42,610 bases of DNA from Alkalispirochaeta sp. (GTDB lineage: Bacteria; Spirochaetota; Spirochaetia; DSM-27196; Alkalispirochaetaceae): positions 1 through 42,610 of the forward strand of contig JAWOCO010000383.1 of the NCBI GenBank assembly GCA_046483765.1, in the 5' to 3' direction. The position numbers and the translations under genes are program-made. Positions 35,749-42,610 of this stretch are shown piece after piece. The notes under the pieces were generated by a model. That model searched no databases and was not told the DNA's origin. It was given only the letters and a program-made list of their open reading frames with translations. Within the stretch, counting starts at the first letter, position 1, and each line of letters starts with the position of its first letter.

Positions 35749-37601
35749 GTCCCCTCGAGCGACGCGCTGTTGTTTCCACCCGCCGGGTAGTGGGGCTGGC
35801 GGTAGTGATCGGTGTGGTATTCCTAACCTATCTGGTGCATCTCTTCGAAATGCAGGTGCTCGACGGGTATATCTATCTGAACCGAGCGCGCCAGACCGCC
35901 TTGCGCAGTGAACCGGTATTTGCCCAACGCGGCCAGATTTTTGATCGAGATATGGAAACGCTCCTGGCCACCAATAGAAGCTCTTTTGCGCTTACCATCG
36001 TCCCCGGGGAAGTGCCCCTGGGCCGCCTCAGTGCCACCGTATCGGAAATTGCGCAGCTCATCGGCGGTGATGAAGGCGCGATGCAGGAGCGGTTAAACCG
36101 TCGGCGGGGAGGAAGTTTTCAGGCGGTTGAAATCGTTGCCGGTCTGTCCCTGGAAGAACTCACGCAGGTTGCTGAACGAATCGACCGATTTCCCGGGGTG
36201 TCGTGGTATACCAAGCCTGAGCGTTCCTATCCGGCGGCGGAACTCACGAGCCACGTCATCGGGTACGTGGGGGAAATCACCCCGCAGGAACTACAGGTGC
36301 TTTTCAATGAAGGCTACTCGTCGGCCAGTGTGCTTGGCAAATCCGGCGTGGAACAGCGCTATGATCAGCTGCTGCGGGGCCAGGACGGCAGACGCTTTCG
36401 GACCGTTGATGCCCGCGGCCGCCGTGTCGGTGAAGATGAAGAATTGATCTCCCCTGAACAAGGCCAAAACCTGGTGCTCACCATCGATCATGATCTGCAG
36501 CTCCTTGCTCAGGAGGCGTTGGGGCCACGGATCGGGTCGGTTGTGGCCCTCCGTCCCGCCACCGGCGAAGTACTTGCCATGGTGAACTATCCGCGGTTCG
36601 ATCCTCAACAGTTCACCGGTCCCCAGGGGCAGGAGTCGTTTCGGGATTTGACCCTGGATGCGCGCTCTCCCTTTTTCAACCGGGCGATTCAGTCTCTATC
36701 GGCTCCCGCTTCTACCTTCAAAATACTGATGACCACCGCGATTCTCGAGGAAGGGGCGTTTCCTCCGGAGGAAGAGATCAACTGTAACGGGCAGTTCACC
36801 TATGGTAATCGCGTCTTCAACGATTGGCTGGAGCAGGGCCACGGCCCGCTCAATCTGGCCCAGGCGTTGGCACAGTCGTGCAATGTGTACTACTGGACCA
36901 TGGGTGCCAACCACGTGACGGTGGATCAGATCATCGATTATTCGGCACGGCTGGGGTTGGGGCAGCCCACCGGAGTCGACCTTCCAGGAGAAGTCAGCGG
37001 ACTGGTGCCGTCTCCGGCATGGAAAGAGCAGACGTTGAATGCACGCTGGGTGGGCGGAGACACAGTGAATATGTCGATCGGCGAGGGGTATCTGCAGGTG
37101 ACGCCGATTCAGATGGCCAACGTGGTGGCGTCCGTCGTCAACGATGGGCGCACGTATCGGCCGCATATCCTGAAAGAGGTGCGGGACTCCGTCACCGGAG
37201 CGGTGGTGCAACGAACTGAGCCGGAGGTTGTGCGCGAAACCGGGATTAGTCAGCAGACGCTCGAGGAAGTGCGCGCGGCGATGCGAGGTGTCATAACTGA
37301 GGGTACCGCCAACGTGGTTATCACCACTGATGCGGTGGAGTCCGCCGGTAAGACCGGCACCGGTCAGGTGGGTAGCGATACTAACTGGACCAGCTGGTTT
37401 GTGGCGTATGCTCCCTACGGAGAGGATGTCCCCGCTGAGGAACAAATCGTCCTGGCGGTGATGGTGGATGCGATGAATGAGTGGGAATGGTGGGCCCCTA
37501 AGGCGGCAAACATCATCCTCCACGGGTACTTTGAAGATCTTTCCTTTGAGGAAGCTGTTATTGACCTGAGACAAGGGCCGCGACCACTATGGTATATGTG
37601 A
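35745..37601 (+). CDS. mrdA: Penicillin-binding protein 2
   Basis: RGQIFDR, STFK (SxxK), SCN (SxN), KTGT; ATGA overlap with mreD. Confidence 0.95.
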   Translation: MSPLERRAVVSTRRVVGLAVVIGVVFLTYLVHLFEMQVLDGYIYLNRARQTALRSEPVFAQRGQIFDRDMETLLATNRSSFALTIVPGEVPLGRLSATVSEIAQLIGGDEGAMQERLNRRRGGSFQAVEIVAGLSLEELTQVAERIDRFPGVSWYTKPERSYPAAELTSHVIGYVGEITPQELQVLFNEGYSSASVLGKSGVEQRYDQLLRGQDGRRFRTVDARGRRVGEDEELISPEQGQNLVLTIDHDLQLLAQEALGPRIGSVVALRPATGEVLAMVNYPRFDPQQFTGPQGQESFRDLTLDARSPFFNRAIQSLSAPASTFKILMTTAILEEGAFPPEEEINCNGQFTYGNRVFNDWLEQGHGPLNLAQALAQSCNVYYWTMGANHVTVDQIIDYSARLGLGQPTGVDLPGEVSGLVPSPAWKEQTLNARWVGGDTVNMSIGEGYLQVTPIQMANVVASVVNDGRTYRPHILKEVRDSVTGAVVQRTEPEVVRETGISQQTLEEVRAAMRGVITEGTANVVITTDAVESAGKTGTGQVGSDTNWTSWFVAYAPYGEDVPAEEQIVLAVMVDAMNEWEWWAPKAANIILHGYFEDLSFEEAVIDLRQGPRPLWYM

Positions 37602-37611
37602 GGCGGACAAC

Positions 37612-38925
37612 ATGATCAAGTCACGGTCGATTTTTGAGATTGATCTCTATGTGGTGATCGCCACGGTATCCCTGTTGGTCGTGGGCGTGCTCTTCGTCTT
37701 TTCCAGCGGGGTCACCGCAGATGGGCAGGTGGTAAGCAATGAGTACATCCGCCAGATCGTGTGGGGTGTAACCGGAATCGTGTTGATGCTGCTGATGACC
37801 TTTGTTGATTACCGCGTGTTGTATCGTCCGGCAGTCGTAATCTTTGGTGCGATCCTGGTCATTCTGATTTTCACCGTGCTCTTCGGCCAGGTGGTCAACG
37901 GGTCCCGGAGTTGGATCGGAGTTGGCAATCTCGGGGGGCAGCCTTCGGAGTTTGCAAAAATTGCTCTGATCATTCTTTTGGCGCGCTACTTCGGTGATGC
38001 GCCGGACCGGGGCCGCACGCTTATCGGGTTTTCAGGAGCGGTGCTGATCACGCTGATTCCAACGCTGCTGGTGCTGGTACAACCAGACTTGGGCACCGCA
38101 ATTGTCTATCTGCCGATCTTTCTGGTGATCGCCTACGCCGCCGGTGCAGACTTTCGGATGATCGGGTTCGTGCTGGGTTTGGGTGCGTTTACGATTCTGT
38201 TTACCGTATTACCGGTGTGGGAGGAGTACCTGTCGGAGCGCTCGTTTCCGCTGGTTCAGGTACTCAATGATTCCGATACGATGCTGTCCCTGCTGGCCGG
38301 CCTATCAGCGGCGGCAGGCCTTTCCGGAATCGGGTATTGGTTCACTCGGCGCCCGCTGTTCTTCTGGATCGTCTACGGTTTGGTCATCCTGATACTGTCG
38401 GTGCCCATGGCGTTTATCGCACGCTCGGTGTTGCAGGAATACCAGCTCATGCGTTTGATCGTCTTTGTCGATCCCTATGTCGACCCTCGAGGCGCGGGAT
38501 GGAACATCATCCAGTCCGTGACGGCTGTAGGTTCGGGGGGTCCCTTCGGGAAAGGATTCCTCCAAGGGACGCAGAGCCACTACCAGTATCTACCCGAGCA
38601 GAGTACCGACTTCATCTTTTCTATCCTGGCTGAGGAGTGGGGCTTCCTGGGAGTCCTGGCCGTGTTTACCCTCTTTGGCATCATTCTTGGAAGATCTTTG
38701 TACATCATGGTTTCGGCGAAAGACCGATTTGCGGCGCTGTTGGTGGCGGGGGTTGTTGGAATGCTCGTCGTTCACCTGGTGATCAACGTCGGAATGGCAG
38801 TGGGAGTCATGCCGATCATGGGTATCCCGCTGTTCCTGCTATCCTATGGGGGGTCGTCCTTATGGACGGCGCTTATCGGAATCGGCATCGTTATGAGTGT
38901 ATACCAGCATCGGTATCAGTATTAG
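37612..38925 (+). CDS. rodA: SEDS peptidoglycan polymerase RodA
   Basis: QPSEFAK, QPDLGT, PEQSTDFIF..EEWG, LSYGGSS. Confidence 0.96.
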   Translation: MIKSRSIFEIDLYVVIATVSLLVVGVLFVFSSGVTADGQVVSNEYIRQIVWGVTGIVLMLLMTFVDYRVLYRPAVVIFGAILVILIFTVLFGQVVNGSRSWIGVGNLGGQPSEFAKIALIILLARYFGDAPDRGRTLIGFSGAVLITLIPTLLVLVQPDLGTAIVYLPIFLVIAYAAGADFRMIGFVLGLGAFTILFTVLPVWEEYLSERSFPLVQVLNDSDTMLSLLAGLSAAAGLSGIGYWFTRRPLFFWIVYGLVILILSVPMAFIARSVLQEYQLMRLIVFVDPYVDPRGAGWNIIQSVTAVGSGGPFGKGFLQGTQSHYQYLPEQSTDFIFSILAEEWGFLGVLAVFTLFGIILGRSLYIMVSAKDRFAALLVAGVVGMLVVHLVINVGMAVGVMPIMGIPLFLLSYGGSSLWTALIGIGIVMSVYQHRYQY

Positions 38926-38929
38926 TGCG

Positions 38930-41509
38930 ATGAGAAGTACCCCGGTGAATCCCGAGCGCGACCTATTTTCCATTTTGAATCACGTTGATATGCCTGCGCG
39001 GTATGTGGGAGGCGAGTTCGGTTCGATCGTGAAGTCACAATCGGATGCGCCTTTCCGGATTGCGCTGAGCTTTCCCGATCTCTATGAAATTGGAATGTCC
39101 AATACTGCGGTAAAGCTCCTCTACGGCATGCTAAACGCCATGGAAGGTGTCGCCTGCGAACGTGTCTTCGTTCCCGCTCCTGATTTTGAGCGCGAACTGG
39201 CAGCGGTCAACCAACCGCTCTACACCCTGGAAACGGGCGCCCCGGTTCGCGAAGTTCATCTGGTGGCGATCTCCTATGGGTATGAGCTGCTTGCAACCAA
39301 TGTGCTCACGCTTTTGAAGAGTTCTGGGATGGCCGTAGTGCGCTCAGACCGTACGGAAACTGACCCGATCGTGGTTCTCGGCGGCCCGGGTGCCACCAAT
39401 CCGATGCCGTTAGCGCCGTTCGTTGACGGCGTGTTTTCCGGTGAAGCAGAAGCGGCGCTGCCGGAGCTCGTGGCACGCATGCAGGAGGTGCGTGGTGCCG
39501 GCGGGTCCCGATCCGACTATCTGGGTGTGCTTGAGGATTCCCCGTACGTCTGGACTCCAGAAGGTTCCAGAGCAACTCGACGAGCGATTTGGAGCGGATT
39601 TGGTCATGGAGCAGCGCCGGGGTACGTCTGCCACGTTGATGGGATTCCCGCGGCCTTTGGCGCCGGATTTCCCGTTCCCAATTTCCCGGTGATTCAGGAC
39701 CATGGGCCGATCGAGATTATGCGAGGGTGCCCGCAGGGTTGTCGCTTCTGTCATGCGGGAGTGTTTTATCGCCCATACCGCATGAAACCGGTAGCTGAAA
39801 TCATCTCAGAATTGGACTGGTTGGTCACGCACCAGGGGTATCGAGACATCACCTTCAGTTCCCTCAGTAGTGGTGATTACAGCCAGCTAATCCCGTTGCT
39901 CAATCAGGTGAATAGGACATATCGCGCCCGGGGAATCAGCTTTCAGTTGCCCTCACTGCGCATAAACTCCGTGACGTTGCCGATTTTTGAACAGCTGTCT
40001 CAGGGAAAGCGGTCGGGCCTTACCTTCGCGGTGGAAGCGGCTCACGCCGATGATCAGCGTGCCATCAACAAACTGGTTCCCCTGGAACGAACGATCGAAA
40101 TTGCTCGGGAGGCGTTTTCCCGCGGCTGGAAACACGCCAAACTGTACTTCATGATCGGCCTGCCGCTGGAGAACTCGCAGCGGGAGGCGCAGGCGATCGT
40201 GGAATATGTACGGGAGTTGCGACGGGCGGTAAAGATGGAATTTGTCGTGAACGTGGGGACGTTTGTGCCGAAGCCTCACACGCCGTTTCAATGGGATGCC
40301 CAGCTCGCGTCGGACGTAGCCCTCGAGCGGATCGCTGAGATTCGCCGGGGATTGCCGAAAGGCACGCGGCTGCGGGCGCATGATCCATGGATGTCCTGGC
40401 TGGAAGGGGTGTTAACGCGTGGTGATACCCGTACTGGTATCGCCATCGCCCGGGCGCATGAGCGCGGCGCCCGGCTCGATGCCTGGAGTGAGCACCTTCG
40501 GCGGGACGTATGGGAAGCGGTTTTGGCAGAGATGCCGGAGGCCGCACGTGGCGTGGAAGCATTTTCCCCGGAAGAGCCGCTTCCCTGGGATGGAGTGGAT
40601 CTGGGGATCACGGAGTCGACGCTGCGGAGAGAACGGCAGCGGGCAAAAGAGAGTACGGTGACGGAACGGTGTCTTACGGACTGTGAAGAACCGTGCGGAG
40701 TGTGTAACCGAACGGTGCGGGCCGTTGACGCACCGGCTGATCCGCAGGGGCCTGAGGCGGCAGTTACCGAAGTCCCCGAAGTTGCCGGGGCCGGCGGGTC
40801 GCCGGCGACCACGCAGACCCACGGCACCCAACACTACCTCATTGTGCGCTATCGCAAGCGGGGAGCGGCAGCGTTCATTCCTCACCTGGGTCTAGTGCGC
40901 ACCTTTGAGCGAGTGTGGCAGCGGCTGGGCATTCCCTTGGCGCTCACTGAGGGCTACCACCCGAAGGCGCGCATGAGTTTTGGTCAGCCACTACCGCTCG
41001 GCGTCGAGAGCGACGATGAGATCGTAGTGGTTTCTGTACAGAAAAGTGTACACCTTGAGACTGATTATCCGCATTTCACCCAGGTAGTTCCCTGCGGGTT
41101 GGAGATTATCTCCTCTGTTTCGGTGTGCCATGTGCCGCAGACACCGCGCGTGCCCGCCCCGATGCAGCGCTACGGGGGATCCGTCTTCCGGGCGGAGGTG
41201 GTAGTAGGACGCTCAGAGCGTGATTTACCGGGTGCCGGCGTGGCGGTAGGCAGTGCGGATCGGCTTGCCGCGATCATCGAGCAGACCAGTGGAGCTACTT
41301 TGGAACGGTCCTCGGGGGAGGCGCTCGAGTTTTCTCTGGCTCCCGATGCGCCGGGTCTGGGCCGAATCATCAAAGAGCATGGGCTGCGAGGCGCGGTGCG
41401 GTTTCGTCGAATCCGCATGTTGGATCAAACTAATACTTCGCTGTTTGGCTACTATGAAGGATACAGCCATGCCGCGGGGGAAGAGAGTTCCGTGGCTGGC
41501 TGCGCGTGA
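38930..41509 (+). CDS. Radical SAM protein (TIGR03960-like) fused to a TIGR03936/DUF2344-like domain
   Basis: PARYVGGE, FPDLYEIGMSN, RGCPQGCRFC, KLYFMIGLP, FVPKPHTPFQW; C-terminal HL...TEGYHPKARMSFGQPLPLGVES. Confidence 0.88.
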   Translation: MRSTPVNPERDLFSILNHVDMPARYVGGEFGSIVKSQSDAPFRIALSFPDLYEIGMSNTAVKLLYGMLNAMEGVACERVFVPAPDFERELAAVNQPLYTLETGAPVREVHLVAISYGYELLATNVLTLLKSSGMAVVRSDRTETDPIVVLGGPGATNPMPLAPFVDGVFSGEAEAALPELVARMQEVRGAGGSRSDYLGVLEDSPYVWTPEGSRATRRAIWSGFGHGAAPGYVCHVDGIPAAFGAGFPVPNFPVIQDHGPIEIMRGCPQGCRFCHAGVFYRPYRMKPVAEIISELDWLVTHQGYRDITFSSLSSGDYSQLIPLLNQVNRTYRARGISFQLPSLRINSVTLPIFEQLSQGKRSGLTFAVEAAHADDQRAINKLVPLERTIEIAREAFSRGWKHAKLYFMIGLPLENSQREAQAIVEYVRELRRAVKMEFVVNVGTFVPKPHTPFQWDAQLASDVALERIAEIRRGLPKGTRLRAHDPWMSWLEGVLTRGDTRTGIAIARAHERGARLDAWSEHLRRDVWEAVLAEMPEAARGVEAFSPEEPLPWDGVDLGITESTLRRERQRAKESTVTERCLTDCEEPCGVCNRTVRAVDAPADPQGPEAAVTEVPEVAGAGGSPATTQTHGTQHYLIVRYRKRGAAAFIPHLGLVRTFERVWQRLGIPLALTEGYHPKARMSFGQPLPLGVESDDEIVVVSVQKSVHLETDYPHFTQVVPCGLEIISSVSVCHVPQTPRVPAPMQRYGGSVFRAEVVVGRSERDLPGAGVAVGSADRLAAIIEQTSGATLERSSGEALEFSLAPDAPGLGRIIKEHGLRGAVRFRRIRMLDQTNTSLFGYYEGYSHAAGEESSVAGCA

Positions 41510-41548
41510 CGATCACTCCACGCCTGGGAGACATTACGGCCGCGGCAG

Positions 41549-41604
41549 CGCACTTGCGATAGCACGCCTGCGCCAGTACACCTGCGACAGTATGCCTGCG
41601 CCGG
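41549..41604. repeat. Four imperfect 14-bp tandem repeats (intergenic)
   Basis: CGCACTTGCGATAG / CACGCCTGCGCCAG / TACACCTGCGACAG / TATGCCTGCGCCGG. Confidence 0.7.
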
Positions 41605-41675
41605 AGGGTGGGGCTGCAACGGGTGTGTCGCCTCACAGGATCTGCTGAAATGATGTATCCGGATGCGCGCCTCGA

Positions 41676-42608
41676 TTAGCGGGAGCGCTCGTGCTCTTTG
41701 GCCTCATCCCACAACTTGTCGAGGGTTTCCAGACCCGCCTCCGATAGATCCAGGCCGCGGGAGGCGATTTGTTCTTCCACGTAGCGGAATCGATCGAGAA
41801 ACTTATCGTTAGTTCGCGCCAGGGCGACGGAGGGGTCCGTCTTAAGATGCCTGCTGACATTTACCACCGAAAAAAGCACGTCACCCAGTTCCTCTTCAAC
41901 CTGTGAGTTATCCTTGGTGGGTTGTGCCCGGGCCTTCAGCTCCGCCAGGCGTTGCTCCAGTTCTTCGATCTCTTCCTTGAGCTTATCCATGGCCGGGTCA
42001 ATCGTCTCCCAGTCAAAACCGACGGCGGAGGCCTTCTTCTGTACCTCATACGCTCGTTCGAGCGGTGGGAGTCCTCGACTGACGTGGGCCACTGAGATCG
42101 ATCGGCCCTCCTGATCCTTCTTGATTTGGTTCCAGTTGGTCACGACCTGTTCCGCCGTGGTGGCGTCTACCGACCCAAATACATGGGGATGTCGACGGAT
42201 CAGTTTCTGTCCGTTGGCATTCAGAACCTCACTCAAAGGGGTTCCCGTTTCCTGTTCAAGGGCGTCCGCCAGCAGTAGTGAGACCAGCAGCACATCGCCG
42301 AGCTCATCGGCTACGGCGGCGTAATCCGCAGCGGCATAATCGGCCGCGGCATAATCCGCCGCGGCATAGTCGGTGGCCGGTACAGCGAGTGGAGCGCTTC
42401 CGCCGATACCTCCGTCGTCACCGTGGTGACTGTAGTGACCGTGAGGACTGTGGTGAGAGTCCTGCGACTTCTGAGAATCGTTGATCGCCGCCAGCACCTC
42501 GAACGCTTCCTCAACGATGTAGCGCCGAAGTGAGTGGAGGGTTTGTTTCTTATCCCATGGACAGCCATCTTCCGCGCGCAGACGCCGAATGATTGCGGCG
42601 TACTGTGC
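41676..42608 (-). CDS. mazG: Nucleoside triphosphate pyrophosphohydrolase MazG (5' end outside window)
   Basis: Frame is open to the window edge: RLRAEDGCPWDKKQT..EEAFEV; DELGD, KLIRRHPHVF, GFDW, EELGDVLF, KFLDRF. Confidence 0.95.
   Translation of the reverse strand, partial: AQYAAIIRRLRAEDGCPWDKKQTLHSLRRYIVEEAFEVLAAINDSQKSQDSHHSPHGHYSHHGDDGGIGGSAPLAVPATDYAAADYAAADYAAADYAAVADELGDVLLVSLLLADALEQETGTPLSEVLNANGQKLIRRHPHVFGSVDATTAEQVVTNWNQIKKDQEGRSISVAHVSRGLPPLERAYEVQKKASAVGFDWETIDPAMDKLKEEIEELEQRLAELKARAQPTKDNSQVEEELGDVLFSVVNVSRHLKTDPSVALARTNDKFLDRFRYVEEQIASRGLDLSEAGLETLDKLWDEAKEHERSR
42312..42371 (-). repeat. 15-bp coding tandem repeat x4 (DYAAA) inside mazG
   Basis: DYAAA-DYAAA-DYAAA-DYAAV with synonymous variation between units. 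Confidence 0.85.
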
Positions 42609-42610
42609 AA

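Noticed and set aside
41549-41604. Possible mini-CRISPR
   Set aside because: Units are 14 bp, adjacent with no spacers, and there are no cas genes.
42311-42610. Apparent frameshift or split in mazG suggested by the ORF track
   Set aside because: Manual translation shows GCPWD...EEAFEV is in frame with the 41676-42497 ORF; the gene simply runs off the window.

Overview
GC-rich chromosomal backbone of a free-living spirochete (Spirochaetaceae-like, inferred from the FlaB-type flagellin, a DUF5312-like protein and spirochete gene order). It is almost entirely core genes. In order: the 3' part of smc plus two membrane/lipoprotein genes; ffh-rpsP-khpA-rimM-trmD-rplS followed by a FliK-like/FlhB-C/HD-GYP/YraN/FlgM-like cassette; coaD-rpmF-acpP-rnc; cca; a monocistronic sigma28/CsrA-type flaB; thiN; map; tRNA-Thr and tRNA-Tyr; a YkgJ-MBL-small ORF-giant Ig/OmpA unit; dnaG-rpoD-zinc ribbon-rnpB-TPR-mreBCD-mrdA-rodA-radical SAM; and a partial mazG. 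I found no mobile elements, prophage, defence genes or CRISPR. The best leads are the flagellar switch-like cassette behind rplS, the approx. 1350-aa barrel/Ig/OmpA envelope strut, parallel loss of Zn ligands in DnaG and L32, several leaderless-type promoters, an SMC with no canonical hinge, and a His-rich repeat insertion in MazG. Family assignments come from motif recognition only, and no searches were run.
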